Positions 40,420-49,849 of a stretch of 64,000 bases of DNA are shown piece by piece. Positions within the stretch are counted from its first letter, which is position 1. Each line of letters begins with the position of its first letter. The notes beneath the pieces are model-generated. The model was not told the DNA's origin and did no database searches. It saw only the letters and a program-made list of their open reading frames with translations. This stretch comes from Rhodospirillales bacterium (GTDB taxonomy: Bacteria > Pseudomonadota > Alphaproteobacteria > Rhodospirillales > Casp-alpha2), in NCBI GenBank assembly GCA_965222395.1, contig OZ244947.1, positions 3,661,452 to 3,725,451 of the forward strand. The letters are read 5' to 3'. Both the position numbers and the translations under genes were made by a program.

Positions 40420-41399
40420 TGGCTGACACCGTTTTTGAAGCAAGGGACGTGACCCGGACATTCATGATTTCCGCAGGGTTCTTCAAAGGTAAGAGGCCGC
40501 TGCACGCCGTCAATGGTGTCGACATGAAATTGGAGCGTGGCGAAGTCCTCGGACTTGTCGGTGAGTCCGGCTGCGGCAAGTCCACCCTTGCAAAGATGTT
40601 CTTAGGCCTGTTGCCACCAACCTCTGGCGAAATCTTGGTCGAGGGGGAGGCTGTCGGGACTATGGGCAGGCTGGAAATGGCGCGCAAAGTGCAGCCGATC
40701 TTTCAAGATCCGTATTCGTCATTGAACCCGCGCAAAAGTATCGCAGATATCATCTCGTTGCCTGTGCGTGTCCAAGGGGCGACCGATCCCATCGATCTTC
40801 GAAAGCGGGTCGAGGACATGATGGACCTTGTTGGGTTGCCGAAACGCGTTTACGGCAACTATCCGAATCAGTTGTCCGGCGGGCAACGTCAGCGTGTGGC
40901 AATCGCCCGCGCCTTAATCAATCGCCCGGAAGTGGTAATCTGCGACGAGCCGACGTCGGCATTGGATGTCTCCGTGCAGTCGCAGATTCTCAACCTGTTG
41001 CAGGATCTTCGGCGCGAGTTGAACCTGACATACATTCTGATCAGTCACAATTTGGCGGTCGTCGAACACATCGCGACCCGCGTCGCCGTTATGTACCTCG
41101 GTCGGATCGTCGAGTTGAAAAGCACGGCGGATCTGTTCGACCGACCCGAACATCCGTATTCACAAAGCCTCCTTGATTCCGTTTTGACGCCGGATCCGTC
41201 TTTGGGTGTCCCCGATACGCATCTCGGTGCGACCTATCCCAACCCGGTCGATCCGCCAGCCGGATGCACGTTCCATCCCCGTTGCGTCAAGGTTATGGAC
41301 CAGTGTTCACTGTCGAAGCCCCCGTTGGCGGAGCGCCCATCCGGGCACGTCGAATGCCATCTGTATGCCGGCGAGGCGGATGTGAAGGCTGCATCATGA
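40419..41399 (+). CDS. ABC transporter ATP-binding protein (DppF/OppF-like)
   Basis: ATG 40419 overlaps the upstream TGA (TGATG). It has Walker A GESGCGKST, the signature LSGGQRQR and Walker B VVICDEPTSALD. Confidence 0.9.
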   Translation: MADTVFEARDVTRTFMISAGFFKGKRPLHAVNGVDMKLERGEVLGLVGESGCGKSTLAKMFLGLLPPTSGEILVEGEAVGTMGRLEMARKVQPIFQDPYSSLNPRKSIADIISLPVRVQGATDPIDLRKRVEDMMDLVGLPKRVYGNYPNQLSGGQRQRVAIARALINRPEVVICDEPTSALDVSVQSQILNLLQDLRRELNLTYILISHNLAVVEHIATRVAVMYLGRIVELKSTADLFDRPEHPYSQSLLDSVLTPDPSLGVPDTHLGATYPNPVDPPAGCTFHPRCVKVMDQCSLSKPPLAERPSGHVECHLYAGEADVKAAS

Positions 41400-42808
41400 G
41401 CGATCGCGACGCTGCGATCGCTTCGGCTCTACGGTTTTTCGACGCCGACACTGACGGTTTTTTCGACAAGCTGTCTGAGCGCGTTTCGGTCCCGACGGAG
41501 AGCCAAGAGCCATCTCAGTTGCCGGAACTCTACCGATATTTGAACGATTGTATTCGACCCGACTTTGAAGCGATGGGTTTCGACGTGACGGTGTATGACA
41601 ACCCTTTCGACGGTCAAGGTCCGGTGCTTTTGGCCACGCGGATCGAAGATTCCACGTTTCCGACAATCTTGGGATACGGCCATGGCGATACGGTGCGTGG
41701 CCAAGCGGATCGATGGACGAAGGGCAATGGTCCTTGGGCCTTAACCCGCGATGGTGACAAAGTTTACGGACGCGGAACTGCGGATAACAAAGCACAACAT
41801 ACAACACATATGTCGGCGTTGAAGGCGGTGCTGGATACCCGTGATCATCTAGGGTTTAACTCTAAGTTTATTGTCGAGACCGGGGAAGAGAATGGCTCCA
41901 AGGGCTTGTTCGACCTAGTGGCGGCGAACAAGGACGCATTCAAGGCGGACGCCTATTTCGCGTCCGATGGACCGCGGGTCAACGTGGCAAAACCAAATCT
42001 CAATCTCGGCAATCGGGGGTGTGTTAACTTTGACCTGTTGATCGAAGCCCGCGCCGGCGGACATCATTCGGGCAATTGGGGGGGGCTGCTTTCGAACCCC
42101 GGCATTCAACTATCCCACGCGTTAGCGACGATCGTCGACGCCAAGGGGCGCATCTTGGTGGACGGATGGACGCCTGGCCCGATGGCAAATTCAGTCCGCG
42201 AAGCGTTGAACGGCGTCGAGCGTGATGGTGGTGCCGATGCGCCGACTATCGACCAGACATGGGGCGAGCCCGGATTGACGAACGCCGAAAAGGTCTATGC
42301 GTGGAACAGTTTCGAGGTGCTTTCGTTCGTTACCGGTAATCCAAACAACCCGGTCAATGCGATTCCTCCCCGTGCCCGCGCCAACTGTCAGTTGCGCTTT
42401 GTGGTCGGCACCGATCACAAGAATATCCGCAGCAGTCTTCGAAAGCACCTGGACGGTCACGGTTTTGGGATGGTGCAGATCGTCGATCCGCCGCCTGGCA
42501 ATGATGCCGTTTTTGCGGCAGCGCGCACCGCGCCGGATGACCCATGGGCCGAGTGGATGCGAAGCGCCGTTGCGCGGAGTACGGGTGAGCTTCCGGTCAT
42601 GATCCCAAACTCCGGCGGATCGATCTGTAATGACGTTTTTCAAGACGTGCTGGAGATTCCCTTTGTCTGGATGCCACTTAGCTACACCGGTTGTTCCCAG
42701 CATGCGCCGAACGAGCATATTCTTTGGTCACTGACCCGTGAAGGCATGGAATTGGTTACCGGTGTGTATTGGGACTTAGGAGACGAGGCGACAGCATGGA
42801 AACCGTGA
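41396..42808 (+). CDS. M20-family metallohydrolase (dipeptidase/deacylase-like), copy 1
   Basis: ATG 41396 overlaps the upstream stop (ATGA). Blocks present: LGYGHGDTV, YGRGTADNKAQH, ETGEENGS, GGHHSGNWGG and CSQHAPNEH. Confidence 0.8.
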   Translation: MSDRDAAIASALRFFDADTDGFFDKLSERVSVPTESQEPSQLPELYRYLNDCIRPDFEAMGFDVTVYDNPFDGQGPVLLATRIEDSTFPTILGYGHGDTVRGQADRWTKGNGPWALTRDGDKVYGRGTADNKAQHTTHMSALKAVLDTRDHLGFNSKFIVETGEENGSKGLFDLVAANKDAFKADAYFASDGPRVNVAKPNLNLGNRGCVNFDLLIEARAGGHHSGNWGGLLSNPGIQLSHALATIVDAKGRILVDGWTPGPMANSVREALNGVERDGGADAPTIDQTWGEPGLTNAEKVYAWNSFEVLSFVTGNPNNPVNAIPPRARANCQLRFVVGTDHKNIRSSLRKHLDGHGFGMVQIVDPPPGNDAVFAAARTAPDDPWAEWMRSAVARSTGELPVMIPNSGGSICNDVFQDVLEIPFVWMPLSYTGCSQHAPNEHILWSLTREGMELVTGVYWDLGDEATAWKP

Positions 42809-44196
42809 CCCGCGACGCCGCCGTTGCTTGTGTGACGAACTATTTTGATGACGGCCAATTTCGCGACGACTTGGCGCGTCGCGTTGCCTACAAAACCGAA
42901 AGCCCAGAACCGGATCAGAGACCGGAATTGTATCGATATCTGGAAGTCGAAATGACACCGTATCTGGTTGAATTGGGATTTGACTGCGCCATTCATGACA
43001 ACCCGCGCCCCGATGGCGGACCCTTTCTGGTCGCCCATCGCATGGAGGCGGATGACCTGCCGACTGTCATGACTTATGGGCATGGGGATGTCGTTCGGGG
43101 TTACGACGACCAATGGCGCGACGGGTTGAACCCGTGGGTGCTGACAGAGGATGCAGGGCGCTGGTATGGGCGCGGCACGGCGGACAACAAAGCGCAACAT
43201 ACGATTAATTTGGCGGCGCTGAAGACGGTTCTCGAGGTGCGCGGTCATTTGGGATTTAACGTTATCGTATTGATCGAAACAGGTGAGGAGTGCGGCTCTC
43301 CGGGCCTCAAGGACTTCTGCGCAGCGCATAAGGATCTGTTTAAAGCCGACGTCTTTGTTGCATCCGACGGGCCACGATTGCGGCCCGACGCGCCGACGGT
43401 GTTCATGGGCTCGCGCGGGGTCTTTAACTTCTCGATGTCCATCAATCTTCGCGACGGTGGACATCACTCCGGGAACTGGGGCGGTTTGCTGGCCAACCCC
43501 GGGATCATATTGTCGCACGCCTTGGCGACGATTACCGATGCCAATGGCAAATTGCTTATCGATGATTGGCGGCCCGAGCCGATGTCCAATTCGGTTCGTC
43601 AAGCGATTGCCAAATTGGATATCGGCGGCGGTGACGATGCGCCGGAAATCGACCCCGATTGGGGGGAACCGGGCCTAACCGCCGAAGAGAAGGTTTTCGG
43701 ATTCAACACGTTTGAGATCCGTGCGTTCGTGTGCGGTAACCCGCGTAACCCGGTCAATGCGATTCCACCCAGCGCCACGGCATACGGGCACATTCGCTAC
43801 GTCGCCGGGACCGATCCCATGAAGTTCATGCCAGCACTGCGCAATCATCTCGACGCGCGCGGCTTCGACATGATTGAGCTCGAACAGGAACGCGATTTCA
43901 TGAACGCGACGCGGCTCGACCCGGATCATCCGTGGGCCAAGTGGGCGATTGGGTCGGTCGGCGCAACGACCGGGAAGGAGGTTGCGGTCCTGCCGAACCT
44001 GGGCGGGTCGTTGCCGAATGACGTGTTCGCCGAGGTGTTGGGTTTGCCGACCATCTGGGTTCCACACTCCTATGCCGGGTGTTCTCAGCATGCGCCGAAT
44101 GAGCATGTACTCCCCGACGTCTGCGCCGAAGGTTTGCGAATCATGGCAGGCCTCTGGTGGGACCTGGGTGACGGTCAAACGCCGCTTGCGTCATGA
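42796..44196 (+). CDS. M20-family metallohydrolase, copy 2 (tandem paralogue)
   Basis: ATG 42796 lies 13 bp inside copy 1. It has the same block set as copy 1: TYGHGDVV, YGRGTADNKAQH, ETGEECGS, GGHHSGNWGG and CSQHAPNEH. Confidence 0.8.
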   Translation: METVTRDAAVACVTNYFDDGQFRDDLARRVAYKTESPEPDQRPELYRYLEVEMTPYLVELGFDCAIHDNPRPDGGPFLVAHRMEADDLPTVMTYGHGDVVRGYDDQWRDGLNPWVLTEDAGRWYGRGTADNKAQHTINLAALKTVLEVRGHLGFNVIVLIETGEECGSPGLKDFCAAHKDLFKADVFVASDGPRLRPDAPTVFMGSRGVFNFSMSINLRDGGHHSGNWGGLLANPGIILSHALATITDANGKLLIDDWRPEPMSNSVRQAIAKLDIGGGDDAPEIDPDWGEPGLTAEEKVFGFNTFEIRAFVCGNPRNPVNAIPPSATAYGHIRYVAGTDPMKFMPALRNHLDARGFDMIELEQERDFMNATRLDPDHPWAKWAIGSVGATTGKEVAVLPNLGGSLPNDVFAEVLGLPTIWVPHSYAGCSQHAPNEHVLPDVCAEGLRIMAGLWWDLGDGQTPLAS

Positions 44197-45629
44197 CCGA
44201 ACTTTGTGACCTGACGGCTGTCGCGTTGCGTAACGCGATCGGCCGGAAAGATATCTCGCCGGTAGAGCTATTGGACAGTTGCATTGCCCGGATCGAAGTT
44301 GTTGACCCAAGCGTCAACGCCATGGTCACCAGATGTTTCGACCGCGCACGCAACGAGGCCAAGGCCGCCGAAGTGGCGGTGATGCGCGGCGATGATCTCG
44401 GGGTTCTGCACGGATTGCCGCTGGGGATCAAAGATCTTGAGGCTACCGCCGATGTACGGACGACCTATGGCTCTAAACTGTATGCCGATCATGTGCCCGC
44501 CGCCGACCAAGGCTCGGTCGCACGTACCAGGGCCGAAGGTGCCGTTATCGTCGGCAAGACCAACACCCCGGAGTTCGGTGCCGGTGCCAACACGCGTAAT
44601 CTGGTGTTTGGCGCGACCGGCAATCCGTTCGATCCGGAAAAGACCTGCGCCGGGTCGTCGGGTGGATCAGCGGTCGCGTTGGCGACCGGGATGGTGCCGA
44701 TTGCCAGTGGCTCGGATTACGGTGGGAGTCTACGCACCCCAGCATCTTTTTGCGGTGTTGTCGGGTTCCGCCCGTCTGCGGGCATCGTGCCGTCTGAGAC
44801 CAAACCCGCGGGGTTACTGCCGTTTTCCGTGCTGGGCCCGATGGGTCGCACCGTCGCGGACGCCGCTTTGCTGCTCAGCGCACAGACAGCGGCCGATCCG
44901 CGCGATCCGTTTTCAAGCGGCCTGGACGTTTCGCTGATGGAGCCATTGACGGAGGCCGACCTTAGCAGCATGCGCGTCCTGGTCTCGGCCGATTTGGCAC
45001 AATGCCCGGTCTCGGCGGCCAATCGCGATTTGTTCGCCGAACGGGTCGGGTCGTTTCGACATGTTTTTGCCGAAGCGCAGGACCGCGATCCGGATTTCGA
45101 TGACGTTCATGATTGCTTTGAAGTCCTGCGCGGTGTGGCGTTCGTGGCCGCGCACGGAGATAGGGTGAGGAATCGACGTGGCGAACTCAGCCCAAATGTC
45201 GTCGATAATGTCGATCGCGGTTTGAAATATGCGCTTGAAGATGTCTCAAGGGCTCATGTGACGCAGACGCGTCTGGCACGTGAATGGCTCGCGTTGTTTG
45301 ATGAGGTCGACGCTGTAATTTGCCCAGCCGCCGCTGTGACGCCGTTTCCGCACGCCGAATGGTATGTCGATGAAATCGACGGCGATGCCATGCCGACATA
45401 CATGCGGTGGTTGGCGTTATCGTACGCGCCGACCATGGTTGGCGCGTGCGGGTGCGTGTTGCCGTGCGGTATCGATGGAAACGGTATGCCGTTCGGAATC
45501 CAAGTCTTGGGCCCGCCCGGCGGTGATCGTCGGACTTTGGAAATTGCGGCGGCGTTAGAACAGGTTCTGGGGCAGAACCCTGCGACGGCGCGCCCAGTCC
45601 CCGATCTTTCCGCACTTTCGAATAGCTAA
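44193..45629 (+). CDS. Amidase-signature (AS) family amidase
   Basis: It carries the GLPLGIKDL lysine block and the AS signature GSSGGSAVALATGMVPIASGSDYGGSLRTPASFCGVVGFRPS. An ATGA overlap joins it to the M20 copy 2 stop. Confidence 0.85.
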   Translation: MTELCDLTAVALRNAIGRKDISPVELLDSCIARIEVVDPSVNAMVTRCFDRARNEAKAAEVAVMRGDDLGVLHGLPLGIKDLEATADVRTTYGSKLYADHVPAADQGSVARTRAEGAVIVGKTNTPEFGAGANTRNLVFGATGNPFDPEKTCAGSSGGSAVALATGMVPIASGSDYGGSLRTPASFCGVVGFRPSAGIVPSETKPAGLLPFSVLGPMGRTVADAALLLSAQTAADPRDPFSSGLDVSLMEPLTEADLSSMRVLVSADLAQCPVSAANRDLFAERVGSFRHVFAEAQDRDPDFDDVHDCFEVLRGVAFVAAHGDRVRNRRGELSPNVVDNVDRGLKYALEDVSRAHVTQTRLAREWLALFDEVDAVICPAAAVTPFPHAEWYVDEIDGDAMPTYMRWLALSYAPTMVGACGCVLPCGIDGNGMPFGIQVLGPPGGDRRTLEIAAALEQVLGQNPATARPVPDLSALSNS

Positions 45630-45639
45630 GGATGTTCGG

Positions 45640-47118
45640 ATGAAGATTTTTACCGCTTGCCTCGGAACGGAAACCCATACCGGTGCACCGCTCCCGACCG
45701 ACTTGAACGCTTTCGAGACGTCACACTTGGTTCGCAATGGCGATCATGCCGACGTGCCGCATATGATGGGGGTGCCGTTGGTTCTCTGGCGCGAGAGAGC
45801 GCGGGCGAAAGGATGGACGGTGATCGAGAGCCTCTCGGCTTTCGCGACGCCGTCGGGACCCACGGTTCAAAAAGTCTATGAGGATCTGCGTGACGAGATA
45901 CTGGGCGACCTAGACGCGGCGATGCCGGTGGATGGTGTGATGCTCAGCCTGCACGGTGCGATGGTGGCGGACGGCTATGACGACTGCGAGGACGACTTGG
46001 CACACCGCATTCGTCAACGGATTGGACCGGATGTGCCGATCTGCGTCGAGTTCGATCTCCATTGCCATCTGACGCGCCGCTTCATCGACGACATTACCGC
46101 GATCGTTATCTACAAAGAATACCCACACACGGATAGCCGAGAGCGTGCGGAGGAAGTCTGGACGATCATGGAGGGCGCGATGGAGGGGCGACTTAACCCG
46201 GTAATCAGTACATTCGATTGCCGTATGATCGGTTGCTACCATACGACGCGCGAGCCGATGCGATCTTTCGTCGACCGCATGGCCGCGTTGGAGGGTTCGG
46301 ACGGCGTCCTATCGGTTTCCTTGGGCCACGGATTTCCATGGGGGGACGTGCCGGCCGAAGGCACGCGCGTGGTCGTCGTCACAGATGACAACAAGCAACA
46401 CGGCGATATGCTGGCGGAAAAACTTGGGCGCGAACTTTGGGATCTTCGCGACGAAATCACGCCCCGTTATGTCGATGAAGAAACCGCGATTACCGAGGCG
46501 TTGGCCGAGCCGCATGGGCCCGTGGTTATCGCCGATATGTCGGACAATCCGGGCGGCGGTGGGCCGGGCGATAGCACATTCATTGTTCGACGCATGCTGG
46601 AACGTGGCGTCGGCATGGCGGCCGTTGGCGGCATCTGGGATCCTGTCGCAACCGGCGTCTGCGTCGGTGCCGGTGTCGGCGCGAAGTTCCAACTTCGGCT
46701 CGGCGGCAAGACAGGTCCGACATCGGGAGACCCGCTCGACCTTCGGGTGGAAGTCAAGAACGTCATTCGGGACTGCCATGTCGACGGGTTGTCCGGGTCT
46801 AGCCGCTATATAGGTGACGCGGCATGGGTTCATGCCGAAGGGATTGATTTTATCATTCATGCGGCAAGATCACAGAATGTCTCACCCGGTTTTTTCGAGG
46901 TGTTCGGTATCGATCCGACAACGCCGCGCATCTTGATCGTAAAATCGATGCAGCACTTTTATGCGGCCTATTCGGAGATCGCATCAAAGATCATCTATTG
47001 CGCTGCGCCCGGCACTATTGAGTGGGATATGCGGAAGTTGCCGCACGACAAGATCGCGCGGCCGATTTGGCCCATCGACGAGGATCCTTGGCGCAGCAAT
47101 GAGTCTCGCCCCTGGTAA
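45640..47118 (+). CDS. M81-family (MlrC-like, DUF1485) metallopeptidase, copy 2
   Basis: 492 aa with the same block set as copy 1 but divergent: GVMLSLHGAM, YKEYPHTD, IADMSDNPGGGGPGDST and IVKSMQHFYAAY. Confidence 0.8.
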   Translation: MKIFTACLGTETHTGAPLPTDLNAFETSHLVRNGDHADVPHMMGVPLVLWRERARAKGWTVIESLSAFATPSGPTVQKVYEDLRDEILGDLDAAMPVDGVMLSLHGAMVADGYDDCEDDLAHRIRQRIGPDVPICVEFDLHCHLTRRFIDDITAIVIYKEYPHTDSRERAEEVWTIMEGAMEGRLNPVISTFDCRMIGCYHTTREPMRSFVDRMAALEGSDGVLSVSLGHGFPWGDVPAEGTRVVVVTDDNKQHGDMLAEKLGRELWDLRDEITPRYVDEETAITEALAEPHGPVVIADMSDNPGGGGPGDSTFIVRRMLERGVGMAAVGGIWDPVATGVCVGAGVGAKFQLRLGGKTGPTSGDPLDLRVEVKNVIRDCHVDGLSGSSRYIGDAAWVHAEGIDFIIHAARSQNVSPGFFEVFGIDPTTPRILIVKSMQHFYAAYSEIASKIIYCAAPGTIEWDMRKLPHDKIARPIWPIDEDPWRSNESRPW

Positions 47119-47121
47119 AGC

Positions 47122-48450
47122 TTAAATCGGCAGTCGAATGCGGGCGCGAAGGCCGCCCATTGGGGAGTTTTCCAAGCGAATCTCGCCGCCATGACTGCGG
47201 ACGCTGTCGAGTGCGATGCTAAGTCCCAGGCCGACGCCTCCGGTTCCTGGATTGCGTGATGATTCCAGCCGGAAGAACGGTCGAAATACTTCCTCGCGTT
47301 GTTGTTCGGGAATCCCTGGACCGTCGTCATCAATGACGATATCGACGCCATCGCCGCGGACGCCGGCGCGAATTGAAATGTGTTCCGCAAATCGCATCGC
47401 GTTCTCGACTAGGTTGGTAACACAGCGGCGGAAACTATTAGGTTTGAGCGTAAGATCGATCCGGCCTTCGGTATGAAGATCGATGCGGGCGTCGCGACGG
47501 CGTGCCTGCTCCGCGATGTCATGCAGCAATCCGGAAAGGTCGGTAACAACCGGCGTTTCTCCACCTTCACCGCGGGCAAAAGCCAAATAACCCTCCAGCA
47601 TGCGCTCCATCTCGGCGATGTCGTCCTTTAGGTAGACCATGTCTTCGCTTTGGCCGAGCATCTCAAGTTGCAGCTTCATCCGGGTCAATGGTGTGCGCAG
47701 GTCGTGAGAAACACCCGAGAGCATATCGGTACGTTGGGAAATCTGGCGTTGGATACGGTCTCTCATCGCCATGAATGCCGATGCCGCTTGGCGGACTTCG
47801 GTTGCACCTTCCGGTTTGAAGAAGTCGCCGTCACGGCCCTTGCCGAAATCGTCGGCCGCGGTGGCAAGGCGCTTGATCGGTTTAACCTGATTGCGCATGA
47901 AAATCATCGCGACCGCAAAAAGTATCAACGAAGTGCCGACCATCCAAATAACGAAAACATACGTTGTCGAACTGAACAGGCGTTTGCGGGTGGTTTCTAT
48001 TGAAAGCACGCCGTCGGCCAACTGAACATCGAACCGCACTCGCCGATCGACACTTTCCGTATCAATGACGAACGGTCTGCTGACATGTGACTGAAGGGAT
48101 TCGGCCAGCATTTCTTCCAACAGGCCCTGAGGTTCAGGCACTTTATTTGGGAGGATGCGATTTTCGTCAAACTGGACCGCGAACTCCATATGGTTGGCGG
48201 CAATGCCGAAGATCCAGGTGCGATCTTCCGGTGTCGGAAACTGACGCATAAGCGAGATGATCGCGGCGGTATCCCCGGCGACGGAACGGGCCAAGCGCTC
48301 GGTCACCTTATCCCAATGCGATTCGAAAAAGATCAACGCTGCGACGACTTGCAAGAGAACCAGCGGTGTCACGATGATAAGTAACGACCGACCGAGAAGT
48401 GACTTCGGCAAGAAGCGCTTGATGCGAAGACTTAGAGGTTGTCCGGCCAC
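47122..48450 (-). CDS. Two-component sensor histidine kinase (EnvZ-like: 2 TM, HAMP, HisKA, HATPase_c)
   Basis: It has the H-box SGVSHDLRTPLTRM, the N-box NLVENAMRF, and the G-boxes DDDGPGIP and GGVGLGLSI. Confidence 0.85.
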   Translation of the reverse strand: MAGQPLSLRIKRFLPKSLLGRSLLIIVTPLVLLQVVAALIFFESHWDKVTERLARSVAGDTAAIISLMRQFPTPEDRTWIFGIAANHMEFAVQFDENRILPNKVPEPQGLLEEMLAESLQSHVSRPFVIDTESVDRRVRFDVQLADGVLSIETTRKRLFSSTTYVFVIWMVGTSLILFAVAMIFMRNQVKPIKRLATAADDFGKGRDGDFFKPEGATEVRQAASAFMAMRDRIQRQISQRTDMLSGVSHDLRTPLTRMKLQLEMLGQSEDMVYLKDDIAEMERMLEGYLAFARGEGGETPVVTDLSGLLHDIAEQARRRDARIDLHTEGRIDLTLKPNSFRRCVTNLVENAMRFAEHISIRAGVRGDGVDIVIDDDGPGIPEQQREEVFRPFFRLESSRNPGTGGVGLGLSIALDSVRSHGGEIRLENSPMGGLRARIRLPI

Positions 48451-49139
48451 AGAACGTATCCTTGTCCGCGAACAGTCTTGAGATAACGGGGTGTCCGGGG
48501 GTCCAACTCTATCTTTCGTCGGATGCGAGTTACCTGTACGTCAATGGCGCGTCCGCCGCCGCCCGCCTGCGTCGCCCTCGCTAGATCATCGCGGCTGAGA
48601 ACCTTGCCCGGGTTCGAGGCGAGAGTACGGAGTAGGGCGATTTCCACTTCGGTCAAATGGACCCGACGACCGCGCCGACGCATGTCGCCTCGCGTCGGCT
48701 CGAAGATGGCATCGCCTAGGACAATTTCGCGCTCGGCGGGCGCGCTGGGGGCTGCGCGCTTCAGAATGTTATGAAGACGTAAAACCAATTCCCGGGGCTC
48801 GAACGGTTTCGTCAAATAATCGTCGCTGCCGGTTTCCAAACCACGGACACGATCTTCGGTTTCGCTCATGGCGGTCAGCATCAAAATGGGGGTCGCGTCG
48901 GTTCGACGGAGTTTACTGGCGAATTCCAGCCCGGTCTCTCCCGGCATCATGAGGTCGAGGACGATGATGTCGAACGCAAGGCCCTGCATGAACCGTCGTG
49001 CCTCGGCTGCGTCACGGGCTGCTGCGACGACGAATCCGTTGTCGCCGAGAAACTTTGCCAGCAGATCACGGAGACGGTCATCGTCGTCGACGACCAGCAC
49101 GTGTGGCATGTCCTCGGTAGCGAGGGCGGTCTCCATCAT
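48432..49139 (-). CDS. OmpR-family response regulator
   Basis: The receiver domain shows HVLVVDDDDRL...DIIVLDLMMPG...LTA, and the winged-helix output shows RTVRGQGYVL. It overlaps the kinase start by 19 bp. Confidence 0.9.
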   Translation of the reverse strand: MMETALATEDMPHVLVVDDDDRLRDLLAKFLGDNGFVVAAARDAAEARRFMQGLAFDIIVLDLMMPGETGLEFASKLRRTDATPILMLTAMSETEDRVRGLETGSDDYLTKPFEPRELVLRLHNILKRAAPSAPAEREIVLGDAIFEPTRGDMRRRGRRVHLTEVEIALLRTLASNPGKVLSRDDLARATQAGGGGRAIDVQVTRIRRKIELDPRTPRYLKTVRGQGYVLWPDNL

Positions 49140-49172
49140 GCCCGCATCATATATCTTAAGTGAGGTAAAGAG

Positions 49173-49697
49173 CTAGCCACGCTGAAGCTGGCCGGCCGCC
49201 GGGTCTCGCTGGGCAACCTTATTTCGGTCTTCTTCATTAATGATGCTTCGTAACACTGTTCGGAATCCTGCAACCGCATCGGCGCCACCTTCTTGAAAGG
49301 CCGCTGCGATCCTCTGGCTCTGTTTGGCGGAGAGATCGTGTTCCAGCGCGCGGCCTTTCTCCGTCAGAGTGAGCCGCCGGCGCCGGCGATCTTGGGCATC
49401 GGTATCTTGGTTGACGAATCCTTCATCGACCAACTGGCTAAGTACCCGCGAGAGACTTTGTTTGGTGATCTTCAATATTGCTAGTAGCTCGCCGACGGTG
49501 ATTCCAGGGTGTGCACCGACAAAATAGATGATGCGGTGGTGTGCGCGCCCGAACCCATAGGACTCGAGTACCGCGTCCGCTTCGCCCGTGAAATCGCGAT
49601 AGGCAAAGAACATTAACTCGATCGCCTCGCGCAGATCTTCGTCGCGAAGAAACAATGGATTGGCGCGGGGTCGGCCGCGTGCCGGGGCATCTGACAT
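49173..49697 (-). CDS. MarR-family transcriptional regulator
   Basis: A MarR wHTH (ITVGELLAILKITKQSLSRVLSQLVDEGFV...DRRRRRLTLTEKG) is present. The gene lies directly upstream of the response regulator and kinase pair. Confidence 0.8.
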   Translation of the reverse strand: MSDAPARGRPRANPLFLRDEDLREAIELMFFAYRDFTGEADAVLESYGFGRAHHRIIYFVGAHPGITVGELLAILKITKQSLSRVLSQLVDEGFVNQDTDAQDRRRRRLTLTEKGRALEHDLSAKQSQRIAAAFQEGGADAVAGFRTVLRSIINEEDRNKVAQRDPAAGQLQRG

Positions 49698-49773
49698 GCA
49701 CGCTTTTTAGGTGGCTTACGCGGCCATGTCCATAAAGGACCGGAATGAGACAGAAAAAAATGGGTCAGCAATG

Positions 49774-49802
49774 TTGACATATATCTGAATAGCCCGTACA
49801 AC
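49774..49802 (+). promoter_or_regulatory. Candidate sigma70-type promoter for ilvE
   Basis: TTGACA (49774-49779), a 17-nt spacer, then TACAAC (49797-49802), 48 nt upstream of the ilvE ATG. This is pattern matching only. Confidence 0.25.
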
Positions 49803-49849
49803 ACGCAACATCCAAGTCATTCATAGGCAAGACACGAAAGATTATTACA

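Noticed and set aside
32027-47118. The peptide island as a mobile or horizontally acquired element
   Set aside because: No integrase, transposase, tRNA target, flanking direct repeats or obvious GC shift was visible by eye. Both flanks are ordinary convergent chromosomal genes.
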